DNA of 63,596 nt, filler included, from Chiloscyllium plagiosum (lineage: Eukaryota): assembly GCF_004010195.1 (NCBI RefSeq). It is 4 parts of one record of this genome, joined end to end, with 100 filler letters (N's around TTAATTAATTAA, not from the genome) between each part and the next. Parts side by side here need not be neighbours in the genome. Positions count along the whole stretch, not along the records: positions 29,964 to 51,584 come from NC_057717.1; positions 51,685 to 56,948 come from NC_057717.1; positions 57,049 to 63,596 come from NC_057717.1; 1 more part is not named here. The stretch is one strand, 5' to 3'. This document shows positions 49,925-62,842 of this stretch, piece after piece (position 1 is the stretch's first letter; every line of letters starts with the position of its first letter). Both the position numbers and the translations under genes were made by a program. The notes under the pieces were generated by a model. That model did no database searches, was not told the origin of the DNA, and worked only from the letters and a program-made list of their open reading frames with translations.

Positions 49925-51584
49925 ATACTCCGCCCCCCAATAGCAGCAGAGATGTGGAGAAACAGATTGGGAAACAGATTTTGGAAAGGTGCAGAAGCCA
50001 CAGAGTCGTAGTCATGGGCGACTTCAACTTCCCAAATATTGATTGGAAGCTCTTTAGATCAAGTAGATTGGATGGGGCGGTGTTTGTGCAGTGTGTCCAG
50101 GAAGCTTTTCTAACGCAGTATGTAGATTGTCCAACCAGAGGGGAGGCCATATTGGATTTGGTACTCGGTAATGAACCGGGACAAGTGGTGGGCTTGTTAG
50201 TGGGTGAACATTTTGGTGATGGTGACCACAATTCTGTGACTTTCACCTTGGTTATGGAGAGAGATAGGTGCGCACAACAAGGTAGATTTTATAATTGGGG
50301 GAAGGGAAATTACGATGCTGTAAGGCAGGATTTGAGGAGCATACGTTGGGAGCATAGGCTGTCAGGGAAGGATGTGGAGGAAATGTGGAACTTTTTCAAA
50401 GAGCAGATACGACGTGTCCATGAAATGTATGTACCTATCAGGCAGGAAAGAAATGGTCGTGTGAGGGAGCCTTGGTTGACGAGAGAGGTTGAATGTCTGG
50501 TAAAGAGGAAGAAGGAGGCATACATAAGGTTGAGGAAACAGGATTCAGACAGAGCAGTGGAGGGATACAGGATAGCCAGAAAGGACCTGAAGAAAGGGAT
50601 TAGGAGAGCTAAGAGAGGGCATGAAAAATCGTTGGCGGATAGGATCAAGGATAACCCCAAGGCATTTTATGCGTATGTGAGAAACCAGAGAATGACGAGA
50701 ACGAGGGTAGGTCCGATCAAGGACAGTAGTGGGAGACTGTGTATTGAGTCGGAAGAGATAGGAGAGGTCTTGAACAAGTACTTCTCTTCAGTATTTACGA
50801 ACGAGAGGGACCGTATTGTAGAAGAGGAGAGTGTGAAATGGACTGGTAAGCTAGAAGAGATACCTGTTAGGAAGGAAGATGTGTTGGACATTTTGAACAA
50901 CTTGAGGATAGACAAATCCCCCGGGCCTGACGGGATATATCCTAGGATTATGTGGGAAGCAAGAGAGGAAAGTGCAGTACCGTTGGCAATGATCTTCTCG
51001 TCTTCACTGGCAACGGGGGTGGTACCAGGGGACTGGAGAGTAGCGAATGTTGTGCCCCTGTTCAAAAAAGGGAATAGGGATAACCCCGGGAATTACAGGC
51101 CTGTTAGTCTTACTTCTGTGGTAGGCAAAATAATGAAAAGGGTACTGAGGGATAGGATTTATGAGTATCTGGAAAGACACTGCTTGATTAGGGACAGCCA
51201 GCACGGATTTGTGAAGGGTAGGTCTTGCCTTACAAGTCTTATTGAATTCTTCGAGGAGGTGACCAAGCATGTGGATGAGGGAAGAGCAATGGATGTAGTG
51301 TACATGGATTTTAGTAAGGCATTTGATAAGGTTCCCCATGGTAGGCTTATGCGGAAAGTCAGGAGGCATGGAATAGAGGGAAATTTGGCCAATTGGATAG
51401 AAAACTGGCTAACCAGTCGAAGGCAGAGAGTGGTGGTAGATGGTAAATATTCAGCCTGGAGCCCAGTTACAAGTGGAGTTCCGCAGGGATAAGTTCTGGG
51501 TCCTCTGCTGTTTGTAATTTTTATTAATGACTTAGATGAGGGAGTCGAAGGGTGGGTCAGTAAATTTCCAGATGATACGAAGAT
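49925..51584 (+). mobile_element. Young CR1 LINE ORF2 (APE C-terminus + RT), 512-aa open frame 49954-51492, cut by scaffold end
   Basis: MGDFNFPNIDW, LDLVL, GDHN, PWLT, KSPGPDGIYPR, NYRPVSLTS, YMDFSKAFD, SGVPQG then TAA replacing Ser of GSVLGP, and KFPDDTK. Confidence 0.96.
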
Positions 51585-51684
51585 NNNNNNNNNNNNNNNN
51601 NNNNNNNNNNNNNNNNNNNNNNNNNNNNTTAATTAATTAANNNNNNNNNNNNNNNNNNNNNNNNNNNNNNNNNNNNNNNNNNNN
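51585..51684. other. Artificial scaffold-joining spacer
   Basis: 44N-TTAATTAATTAA-44N. Confidence 0.95.
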
Positions 51685-53780
51685 CCACTTCCTTCGTAAA
51701 CCACGGCTCCCGCGCTCTACAGCTTCCTCCCTGGCTGACAGGTACATACGTATCTAGGACACACAGTAGCTTTTCCTTGAATAAGCTCCACATTTCTAAT
51801 ATGCCTATCTCTTCCAGTTTCCTTCTCTATTCGATTCTTCCTAAATCTTGCCTAATCGCATCGTAATTGCCTTTTCCCCAGCTGTAACTCTTGCCCAGTA
51901 GTATTCACCTATCCCTTTCTATCACTAAAGTAAACATAACAGAATTGTGACCTAAGTGCTCACCTACTTCCAAGTCTAACACCTGGCCGGGCTCATTAAC
52001 CAGTACCAAATCTAATGTGGCCTCGCTCCTTGTTGGCCTGTCTGCATACTGAGTCAGGAAGCCCTCCTGCACACACTGGACAAAAACTGACCCATCTCTA
52101 GTACTCGTACTATAGTGTTCCCAGTCAATATTAGGAAAGATGAACTCCCCCATGACAACTACCCTGTCTCTCTCACTCCTATCGAGAATAAGTTTTGCAA
52201 TCTTTCCTCTACATCTCTGGAACTATTCGGAGCGCTATAGAAAACTCCCAACAGGGTGACCTCTCCTTTCCTGTTTCTAACTTCAGCCCATACTACCTCA
52301 GTTGACGAGTCCCCAAACATCTTTTCTGCAACTGTAATACTGTCATTGACCAACAATGCCACACCTCTCCCTCTTTGACCAGCTTCTCCGTTGTTACTGA
52401 AACATCTAAATCCTGGAACCTGCAACAACCATTCCTGTCCCTGCTCTAACCATGTCTCTGCAATGGCCACAACATCAAAGTCCCAGGTACCAACCCAGAA
52501 TGCTCATGGCGTTAAAGTAGGCACACTTCAAACAAACATCTTGCTTGCCGATGCCACCTTGTGTCCCTGAATCTTGATTTTGGGCCTCCCTACGCTGAAC
52601 CTTTTCTCTGCTTGTACTACAATTTTGGTTCCCATCCCCCTGCTGGATTATTTTAAACCCAATAGCCTTCGCGAATTTCCCCCCAGGATATTGGTACCCC
52701 TCTGGTTCAGATGAAGACCATCATGCTTGTAGCGGTCCCACCTAGCCAAGAAAGAGCCCCAATTATCCAAGATTCCAAAACCTTCTCTCCTACACCATCT
52801 CTGTAGCCACGTGTTCAACTCCCCTCTCTCCCTTTTCATTGCCTCACCAGCACATGCCACGGGCAACAAACCAGAGACAATGACACTGTTCGTCCTAGCT
52901 CTGAGCTTCCATCCTAGCTGCCTTAACTTCTGCCTTAAATCCCCATCTCTCTTCCTACCTATGATGTTGTGCCTTAAGGATCCCAACAACACGATCAGAG
53001 ACATCACGATTCCTGACTCCTGGGAGCCAACACATCAACCGTGAGTCTCTCTCGTCCCCTATTTGTCCCCGTAACTATGGAGTCCCCAAAGACTACTGCT
53101 CTGCTCCCCATCCCGTTTCTCTTATGAGCAGCAGGGACAGACTCTGTGCCAGAGCCCTGTACCACACTACTTTCCCCGGTAAGTCATCCCCCCCAACTTT
53201 ATCCAAAATGGCATACTTATTGTTGAGGGGAATGGCCACAGGGGATCCCTGCACTGTCAGCTGGTTCCCTTTCCGTCCCCTGACTGCAACCAATTTGCCT
53301 TTTTTCTTGTACCTGAGGAGTGACTACCCGCCCTGTAATTCCTCTCAATAACCCCGCTGCCTCCTGAATGATCTTTAGTTCATCCAGTTCCAGCTCCAGT
53401 TCCCTCACGTGGTTCCTGATGCGCTGAAGTTGGGTGCACTTCCCGCAGATGTAGGCAGCAGGAACACTACTGGTGACCCTTATCTCCAACATGCTGCAGG
53501 AGGAACACTCAAGCAATAAAAAAAACCTCGTTACCTTACCAATCTGGCGTATAGGTCCATTTTTTTGGTTAGAGGAGGAGGATGGGTGGGAGACACTACT
53601 CGAGTAGTGTTTCGGGTGAAGCAACCACACAAATATATGTCTTCCCAGAAGTCCTTCGCTCCTCTGGCAAAACGGAGGCCCAACTCCCGATGTAAGCCCC
53701 TTTAAATGCGGGAAAACGCAACCTTCCCGGGAGCCCTCGCTTCACCTCTCCTTCTCTCCTCGCCGCTCTGGCAAAATGGA
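51685..53780 (-). mobile_element. CR1 LINE 5' half: 5'UTR, ORF1 (Zn finger + SGNH esterase-like) and ORF2 endonuclease, frameshifted
   Basis: CSSCSM..YICGKC with coiled coil; VSGLLPV..LNTWLQRWCRREGF..DGLHLN; AIAETWL..RGRGVALLV; LDLVLVNEPGQV. Confidence 0.9.
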
Positions 53781-53789
53781 GGACGCACT

Positions 53790-54325
53790 GCGTCCAGACA
53801 TTAATGGGTTACGAGGTGAGGACCAGGGAGTTCTATTCTTGTTGTACTTGGACGGGTGGGGTTCTCGGCCAGAGATACAGGAAGTTCATGAAATTCACTG
53901 GAGGGTGTTGTTGACCATGTTGGAGGGGAAATTACGGTCCTGAAAATAAGAGGCCTTCTGCGATGTCCTGGATTGAAATTGATCCTCTTGTGAGCAGATA
54001 CATGGAAGAATCGGACGTAAGATATAGCGTTTTTACCAGGATGGGGGATGGGATGAGTTGTAGTCCAGGCAGCTGTCGGAGTCGGTGGGTTTGAAATAGA
54101 TATCCATGTTGAGTTGTTCCTCGGAGACATGGAGGTCCAGTAGTGGGAAGGAGATGTCAGAGATGGTCCAGGTTAACTTGTGGTCAGAGTGGAAAGTTTT
54201 GCTAAAGCTGTTGATCATTTCAAAATCCTTGTGGATAAAAGAGATGGCGCCGATACAGCCATAAATACACTGGAGGAATAGGTGGGTTGTTGTGCCTGCG
54301 TAACAGTGGAAAATAGACTGTTCCA
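53790..54325 (-). mobile_element. Penelope-like RT fragment
   Basis: FHSDHKLTWTISDISFPLLDLHVS..DIYFKPTDSDSCLDYNSSHP..KNAISY. Confidence 0.8.
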
Positions 54326-54961
54326 TGTCTCATCTGATTCAAACTACCATGAGGAGACTTAACAAATGCACCGGTAAATTTCATGTCAACAATATGTATT
54401 GCCTGAGGCTCAACAACCATCATTGTCAGTTTTTTGGTTTCCGTTGTGTGAGAAAGTGTAAACGGGCAGACAGTCCCAGCAATGGCTCTCATTCAAGATG
54501 GAGTTGAGGAGGAATTTCTTCCCTCGGGGTGGTAGTGAATCTTTGGGATTTCTTACTGCAGAGGCCTTTTGAGATTGTNNNNNNNNNNNNNNNNNNNNNN
54601 NNNNNNNNNNNNNNNNNNNNNNNNNNNNNNNNNNNNNNNNNNNNNNNNNNNNNNNNNNNNNNNNNNNNNNNNNNNNNNNNNNNNNNNNNNNNNNNNNNNN
54701 NNNNNNNNNNNNNNNNNNNNNNNNNNNNNNNNNNNNNNNNNNNNNNNNNNNNNNNNNNNNNNNNNNNNNNNNNNNNNNNNNNNNNNNNNNNNNNNNNNNN
54801 NNNNNNNNNNNNNNNNNNNNNNNNNNNNNNNNNNNNNNNNNNNNNNNNNNNNNNNNNNNNNNNNNNNNNNNNNNNNNNNNNNNNNNNNNNNNNNNNNNNN
54901 NNNNNNNNNNNNNNNNNNNNNNNNNNNNNNNNNNNNNNNNNNNNNNNNNNNNNNNNNNNNN

Positions 54962-56450
54962 GGGATAGGAGATGATATGGACTGGAAAATATTACAGGGC
55001 TAGTGAGGAATGTATGCACCGGAGAATATTACAGAGATGCGGAATATGGTTTGGATTGGAGAAGGATACAAGATAAGGAGGATGGTAATGGACTAGAGAA
55101 TGGTTCAGGAATGGGAGGTGATATATACTGGAGAACGGTGCAGGGGTAGGAAGGATGGTCCGAAGTGGAGACTATTACAGCAATAGGCAGGATGGAAAGG
55201 ACGAAAGACAATTACTGGGAGAGGGAAATGTCGTGGTGTGGAAAATGTTACATGGAGAAGACGAGTGGTTTGCACTGTAGAATTAACAGGGATTGGGTGG
55301 ATCGTATGGAGTGGAAACTAAGACAGAAATAGGGAGGATGGCACGGGCTAAAGACAATTACAGGTGCAGGGAGGATTGTATGAACTGGCGAATATGACAG
55401 GAACGTGGAATACGGTATGGTTTGGAGAAATTTACAGGGGTAGGCAGGATGGTACAGACTGGTGAACATAGCAGTGATAGGGATGATGGTAGGGACCGGA
55501 GAATTCTACAGGGATAGAGAACGTGGTATAGACCCGAGAATGTTCCACGGGTAGGGAGGATGGTATGAACTGGAGAATGTTACAGGTATAGAGAAGCGAT
55601 ATGGACTGGAAAATATTACACCTCAGGGAGTGCGGTATGGAATAGTGAACATAAAAGTTACAGGGAGGATGGCATATACTGCAGAATTCTGCAGGGTTGG
55701 GGAGATGATATAGACTGTGGAATACTCGATGGATAGCGAGAATGGTATGTGCAGTAGAATATTACCAGGATAGAGAGGATTTTGTTGGACTGGAAAATGT
55801 TGCAGGAATAGGGAGGATATTATCGACTGGAGAATTTTACAAGGATAGGAAGGGTGATATGGGATGGAGAATCACACAACTGAAGTGTGGTAGGATCTGG
55901 AGTTTGTTACAGGCATATGGAGGATGGTTTGGACTGGAGAACATTATAGGGATAGCAAGGATGGAATGGACAGGAGAACATTACAGATAGGGAGGATGAT
56001 ATGGACTGGGGTATGTTACAGGTATAAGGAGGATGGTGTCAAGTGGAGAATAATACAGGGATAGGGCGATGGTATAAACTGGAGAGTACTCCAGGGATAG
56101 GGAGCGTGGTATGGACTGGAGAATGTTACAATTATCGGGAAAATTGCATGGACTGGCATATTTTACATGGATAGTGAGGGTAGCATGATCTGGAGAATGT
56201 TACAGGATAGTGAGGGAGGTATAAACTTGAGAATGTTGCATGGACGTGGAGACTGGCATTGATTGGAGAATATTACAGATTTGAAGGATGGTTGGACTGG
56301 AGAATGTTACAGGGACAGGGAGGGTGGTATGAACTTGTGATTGTTAGAGAGTGAAATGAATGTTTGCACTGGAAGATTTTTCTGAGAGAGTGAGTCTTTT
56401 GCATGCTGGAAGATGTGACAGGGATAGGAAAGCTTATCATAATTGGGAGA
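54962..56450 (+). repeat. Degenerate 37-bp tandem repeat (consensus ~GGGATAGGGAGGATGGTATGGACTGGAGAATGTTACA); decayed copies continue to ~56948 and in ~57230-57770
   Basis: Unit starts at 55511, 55548 and 55585 are exactly 37 apart; roughly 40 copies. Confidence 0.9.
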
Positions 56451-56948
56451 GACTGCATTCAGAGAGAATGTTGTGAGGGAATAGAGTCCCTTGCGGTATT
56501 TTGATGGGCCACAGTGAGAGGAGCTGTTTAAGGACATAAGGAGGATATAACTGCCCAAACTCGTCACACCACTAGGGAGGCATATCACTTCTGTTGGGGT
56601 TTTCACAGGATGGATATTGTCAGTGTTTGAAGAGGTTACACAGATTGCGATCATTATAAGGGCTGGACGAGATTATACTGATCGGGATGGATTTAGAGAC
56701 TGAAGAATGTCAAGAAATATTGAGGGTTGCAATGGTGAGAGAAGGCGTCAGCAATGTTGAGATATGACAATGAAGGAAGTTACCCAGATATCGATGCTGT
56801 AGCGTCTGGTTGGGATGACGTAGAGAAAGAGTTGCAGTGACTGTAGGCATTTGCAAAGACAGGGAGGGTACAAGTGTAAGGCAGAGTTTACATGGAAAGG
56901 TAGAATTGAAGAGGCTGCAAGAGATTACAGAAGTGAGGAAGGTTGCAT

Positions 56949-57048
56949 NNNNNNNNNNNNNNNNNNNNNNNNNNNNNNNNNNNNNNNNNNNNTTAATTAA
57001 TTAANNNNNNNNNNNNNNNNNNNNNNNNNNNNNNNNNNNNNNNNNNNN
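56949..57048. other. Artificial scaffold-joining spacer
   Basis: 44N-TTAATTAATTAA-44N. Confidence 0.95.
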
Positions 57049-57768
57049 CCATTCTTGGTCCCATTCAGCAGGTTCTATGAATCCCGCTATCTCTAACCCC
57101 CTGCAGGGTCCATACCCCTTCTTAAATTTGTGCCATCCTCAGTTTCTGAAGGCCTTCGTACCTCCGTAGCTTGTTCTGGACGCTATAACTTTTCCTTACT
57201 CTGCAGTTTTACCCGGAAGAGTACTTGAAGTTGGAGGAGGTTACAGAGATAGGGAGGGATATCAGGAGAGGAGGGCATTGCAGGCATTAGGAAGACTGGT
57301 GTGGTAAAATGAGGCTTTTGGAATTGTGAAGTTTCATGTTGATTAAGGTATTTCTTGTGGTAGGGAGGGTTTGAGGGGAGGATGACATTTACACAGATGT
57401 GGTGTAGTTGATGGACTGATTATGAGATGACTAGATGTATGGAGAAGCCGGTGGAGTTCATTGAAAGGCTGAGTGAAAGCGACTGAAGGAAGTAACATAG
57501 ATAGTGTGTCTTGCAGAAACTGGATTGCTAGAGTCACAGGCATTAGAGTGCGTTCTAAAGATCGGGGGTGTTACATGATCCTGAGAGGATTGTACAGATA
57601 GGGAGGAATGTAGGGTCTACACACATGGATATTTTTTTGAGACTGGAAGATATTACACTGATTGGTCACGTTTTATAAGCTACAGGAGTCCAGGGAAACA
57701 GGGAGGCTTGAATTGATAGGAGGAATTTACAGAGAGAGGGAGCTATTTCGGACAGTACCAGGTTGCAG

Positions 57769-58414
57769 GTAGAACATAGAACAATACGGTGCAGAAAGGG
57801 CCCTTCCGCTCTCGATGTTGCGCCGTCCTGCGAACGAATCTAAGCTCAACCCCCAAACTATCCCACCGACATCCATATGCTTTTCCATGGACTGTCTAAT
57901 AGCCCCTAATGTGGCTGAGTTAACCACATTGGCAAGCAAGGCATTCCACGCCATTCTCCCTCTCTGAGTAAAGAACATGCATCTGACATCAGTCTTAAAT
58001 TCTATCACCCCTCATTTTGCAGCTGTGCCCCTCGTACAAGCCAACGTAATCATCCGAGAGAAAAGATTCTCACTGGCCACCCTATCTAATCCTCTGATCT
58101 CCTTATATGTCTCTATTAATTCCCCGATTAGCCTGCGTATTCCAATGACAAAACACCCAAATCCCTCAGCCTTTCCTCATAAGACCTTCTCTCCAGACCA
58201 GGCAACATCCTAGTAAATCTCCTCCGCACGTTTTCCAATGCTTCCACATCCTTCCTGTAATGACCAGAAGTATACACAATAATCCAAGTGAGGCTGCACT
58301 AACATTTTGTACATTTGCAGCAAAACATCTGGAACTCAATGCATCTATCAATAAGCCCTAATACACCGTATGCCTTCTGAACAGCACTATCAATCTGAGT
58401 GGCGGTTTTCAGGG
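57769..58414 (-). mobile_element. CR1 LINE 3' fragment
   Basis: TAGAACATAGAAC tail; FFTQRG..AWNAL; ATQIDSAVQKAYGVL. Confidence 0.85.
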
Positions 58415-59280
58415 NNNNNNNNNNNNNNNNNNNNNNNNNNNNNNNNNNNNNNNNNNNNNNNNNNNNNNNNNNNNNNNNNNNNNNNNNNNNNNNNNNNNNN
58501 NNNNNNNNNNNNNNNNNNNNNNNNNNNNNNNNNNNNNNNNNNNNNNNNNNNNNNNNNNNNNNNNNNNNNNNNNNNNNNNNNNNNNNNNNNNNNNNNNNNN
58601 NNNNNNNNNNNNNNNNNNNNNNNNNNNNNNNNNNNNNNNNNNNNNNNNNNNNNNNNNNNNNNNNNNNNNNNNNNNNNNNNNNNNNNNNNNNNNNNNNNNN
58701 NNNNNNNNNNNNNNNNNNNNNNNNNNNNNNNNNNNNNNNNNNNNNNNNNNNNNNNNNNNNNNNNNNNNNNNNNNNNNNNNNNNNNNNNNNNNNNNNNNNN
58801 NNNNNNNNNNNNNNNNNNNNNNNNNNNNNNNNNNNNNNNNNNNNNNNNNNNNNNNNNNNNNNNNNNNNNNNNNNNNNNNNNNNNNNNNNNNNNNNNNNNN
58901 NNNNNNNNNNNNNNTGCTGTGTGTGAATTATACAACGGTCCATCATCCAGCGTGTTCACTGACTTGCCAACTGTATAAGATTTAGCAACTTCCTTCAGCA
59001 ACCACAGCTTCTGTACACAGCCACCTGTGCTGAGCCCAGTGTCATTTGTTGCACCCAGGTCATAGCACATTACGTCTTCCTGAGTTTATGAGCCTTGTTC
59101 CTGATCTTTCCGATCTGTTTAATAAACCTTTTCTGTCACTTCTTCCCATCCCCTCACAATTCTGAACTTATGAATAAAATAAGGCGTTAGATCAAATGTT
59201 AAACCAAGTGGAAGTATGCTATTCAGCCCAAGGAGTCTGCTCAACCATTCAACAAACTCATGGATGATCTGATTTAGAAA

Positions 59281-59497
59281 TGCCAGTGTTGGACTGGGGT
59301 GTACAAAGTTAAAAATCACACAACACCAGGTAATAGTCCAACAGGTTTAATTGGAAGCGCACTAGCTTTCGGAGCGATGCTCCTTTATCAGGTGATAGTC
59401 ACCTGACTATCACTTGATGAACAATCGTCGCTCCGAAAGCTCGTGCGCTTCCAATTATATCTGTTGGACTATAACCTGGTGTTGGGTGATTTTTAAC
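59281..59497. mobile_element. 190-bp hairpin (59308-59497) of two head-to-head PLE hammerhead tails (family C)
   Basis: Near-perfect inverted repeat centred on TAGTCA-CC-TGACTA (59396-59409); same family as the arms of 37830-39185. Confidence 0.8.
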
Positions 59498-60029
59498 ATA
59501 GTTAATCTGATAATCTTGAATTCCTTTCTGCTCACTTAGCTCGACAAAGTTTCATCATCTTTCTGATTAACTTTCTGGCACAGTTTGAATATACCCAACC
59601 ACGCAGTCTCAACAGCGGTTACTGGAAAATGCCACAGATTCTTTGACCCCTGAGCAAAGAAATTACTCCTCATTTCTGAATTAAATGGGCAATATCTAAT
59701 TCTGAGATTATGTCCTCTCCTCAGAGCATAGGGCAAGCCACCTGCCCGTATCTACCCTGTCAAGATCCCACGAATATTGAACGTTTATAATTGTTACTAT
59801 ATGATTATAACGTTCCCCTCCTCCTCCTTTGTTTCAAGGATAATAATCCCAGCCTAACCAATCATTCCACGAAGTTCTACTGTATACAGAATTAGCAAAA
59901 TGTTTGTACGTCTGCGCTGTCCCTTACATGTTTTGAAGGCAGGTGGAGAAATTTCGGCGAGGAAACGGGTTGAAATTTCAGGCGCAGATGGGAATTGGAA
60001 CTTGAAATCAGAAAGCGATTAGAATCGTA

Positions 60030-60610
60030 TTGACCCACAGAAGGACCAAATACAGCGAAGATAACTCTGACAAATGAGAATCTAAACATATTCGATTGAC
60101 ATTCAATGGCTTCAATGTAACTGAATTCCTCCGTGTAATCATCCTGGGAGCTCGTATTTAGGAGAAATGGAACCTGACCACCCATATAAATAAGTTGACG
60201 ACAAAAACCTGTCCGCGGGTCGACTTTGTTTGATTATTAACTCAACTCTTGTCTCCGTGAAGCCTACATCGTCTGCAACGCACAAATTTGATGTTTGACA
60301 GAACTCTCTCCATTTGCCGAGGTGGGTGCAGCTTCAATACCACTGAAGGAACTGGGCATCCTCCACGACAATGCAGTCACTTTACGGTATATTTTTCAAC
60401 ACCTGAATATTTATTCCTTTAACTGCTAAGGCACAATTGCAGCAGAGTGCAACACATAGAAGATTCCCTTCTGTAAGTCATCCAGGCTTTGTTGACAGAA
60501 CCTTCAAAGCTCAAAAACTGTACCGACTATAAGGACAAGGTTGAAGATGCACTGAAACTTCACCATTTGCAAATTACCCTCCAAGGCACATACCAGCATG
60601 ACCTGGAGGG
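60030..60610 (+). mobile_element. Old L2/CR1-superfamily LINE fragment (same family as 1300-1800)
   Basis: Degenerate LTFNG..ILG..WT.HIN and GAASIPLKELGILHDNA (~AAPTTLKKLDTIQDKAA). Confidence 0.6.
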
Positions 60611-60989
60611 GAATCAATGGTAAATTCATTGTGTAGTGAAGTAGGTTGATGGGCAAAGATTTATACTTCAGCCCTCTATCTTTCTTCTTTCAATTTTTAA
60701 AAATGTAGATTATTGCATGGACCAGACTTGTGCTCATTCCTTCAGGTGTTTCCTAAACTGGCGGTTGCTAAAGATCGAATATCATCCACAGTCTGTGGTC
60801 AACAATAGAAAATACCCAAAAACCTCTCGATCAACTGATCTCCCTGTCCAACAATCTTCAGGGATCTGTGAATGTCCACTCCAATATCTCTTTGTTACTA
60901 TACACCACTCAGAATGCTCACTGTTATTGTTACAACTCCCCAAATGCACTACCACTCATTGGTCTGGATTCAATTCCATTCACCATTAT

Positions 60990-61850
60990 ATAGATAGACA
61001 GAAGGGTTGAGCGGAGAATTGGCTAATGGTGTTCCATTCAAGCAAATGTGAGGTGATGGTTTTGGGAAGTCTAATTCCAGAGCCAAGTATACAGTAAACG
61101 GAACAGCCTTGGGTAAACTTGATGAGAAGAGAGATCTGGGAGTTTAGGTTCTTTGTACCCTGAATGTGACTGCACAGGTGGATCGAGTGGTCAAGAAGGC
61201 ATATGGCATGCTTGCCTTCACCGGATAGGGCATTGAGTATAAGAGCAGGCAAGTCCTGTTAAAATTGTACAGGAGTTTGGTTCGGCTGCATTTAGAATAC
61301 TCTGTACAGTTCTGGTATCCAAATTACCAAAAGTATGTGGACGTTTAGGAGAGAATGCGGAGAAGGTTTACGCAGATGTTGCCTGGTATGGAAGATGCAA
61401 GCTCTGAAGAGAGGTTGAGTAGGTTACTTCTGCTTTCATTAGAAAAAACGAGATTGCTGGGACCTGATTGAGGTCTACAATATCATGAAGGGTACAGAGA
61501 GGGTGGCTAAAGATAAGCTTTTTTCCAAGATGAGTAATTCAATAATGAGAGGTCACACGTTCAATGAGAGAGGTGAAATGTTTAAGGGAGATCGACATGG
61601 AAAGTACTTTACACAGAGGTTGGCAGGTGCTGGAATGCGTTGCCAGCAGAGGTAGTAGAGGCAGGTATGGTAGATTCATTTCAGGTGCGCCTGGACAGAT
61701 GCATGAGTCAGTGAGGAGCAGAGGGATACGGATGCTTAGAAATTGGGCGACACGTTTAGGTAGTTGATTTGGACCGGCTGAGGCTTGGCCGTCCAAAGGG
61801 CCTGTTCCTGAGCTGCACATTTTCTGTATTCTTTGTTCTTCTTTGTTCAC
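60990..61850 (+). mobile_element. CR1 LINE 3' fragment
   Basis: WAEKWQMEFN-like start, GTGGTCAAGAAGGCATATGG, GTTCTTCTTTGTTC tail; same subfamily as 21005 and 45981. Confidence 0.88.
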
Positions 61851-62086
61851 TACACTACCAACTGTGGGTTACAGGTGAAGTAGTGTTACTTCTGCAATCA
61901 TAATTACTTATGCAAGGTAAATGAACTCACACCAGTGCACAATCGTTTCAAGCGAGAGCTGAGTCAATAAGAATGAAACCTATGTGAAGGAAATATATAA
62001 TTGTTTTCATATTAGCTAAAATGTGCATAAAGAATGAAAGGTGCCTGCAAACAATGGTAGATGGTACAGACAAATAGATAAGGTGC

Positions 62087-62524
62087 TGTGAGGGTGAAGG
62101 TTAAGCCAGATATGCTTATATAAGCAGTAGTTATAAGCATTTGTTTCCCATTTCTGCAAAAAACAAACAAAAAAGAAACCCAATTAAAACGTCTTAAGGT
62201 TCAATATGGTTGTGGTAAGGGAGGAAAAGTCACAGGTGGGGGAAATAGATCGCAGTGAAGGAGGATATACCTAACAGTTGACCACAGCCAGGATGTGGTG
62301 AAAAGGCCAAGTAAAACCTGTACTTTGTTATGCACAAGGCCGGATAAGGCAAGAGAGAAACAATAGTAATGGGCAGCGGGTTTGGAGTAGTGAATCCTAT
62401 GTACTTGCTAAACTCTGCGAGTCTATTTCAGGCACCACGCTTGCAAGCGTATAATAAACATTATGATTGCTTCATATCTTGTCTCGCATGAAATTATTGA
62501 AGTGAGTGGGCTTAGTTTCTCACA
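62087..62524 (+). mobile_element. ERV 5' LTR (5' boundary uncertain)
   Basis: AATAAA at 62453; ends ..TCTCACA at 62524, immediately before the PBS. Confidence 0.6.
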
Positions 62525-62526
62525 AT

Positions 62527-62544
62527 TGGGGGATCCTCCGCGAT
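62527..62544 (+). promoter_or_regulatory. Retroviral primer-binding site, tRNA-Pro type
   Basis: TGGGGGATCCTCCGCGAT vs canonical TGGGGGCTCGTCCGGGAT (15/18), 2 nt after the LTR-terminal CA. Confidence 0.85.
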
Positions 62545-62842
62545 ATTCTTCCATCGCCGGGGGGAGAGGTTGGCCCTGGACACTGGGAAGAGGCCTCCCA
62601 TTCACAATTGAGGAACGGTTTCTTGTCCCGGTTTTGTCTGCTCCCTTGGGTGGCTGGTACGAATGCCACAAGACAGACATCTGAATCAGACAGTGAGAGG
62701 AGGTCGATAAAAAATATGGAAAAAAAAGGGACCAGGCAACTCTGTGCACAGACCAACGTCAGAAAACTGACTTTTAAGTATTAACTTGGTGGCCAGGAAA
62801 AGGGGTATTTAATCGCTGAGGGACTGGTGAGGGCCCCGAGAA

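Noticed and set aside
54962..56450. 37-bp periodic array resembling a CRISPR repeat length
   Set aside because: Head-to-tail degenerate units with no unique spacers, no cas genes, and a eukaryotic context
58914..59120. Possible minus-strand exon (MCYDLGATND..) next to a gap
   Set aside because: In-frame stop just upstream, no homology recognised, and too little sequence to support a call
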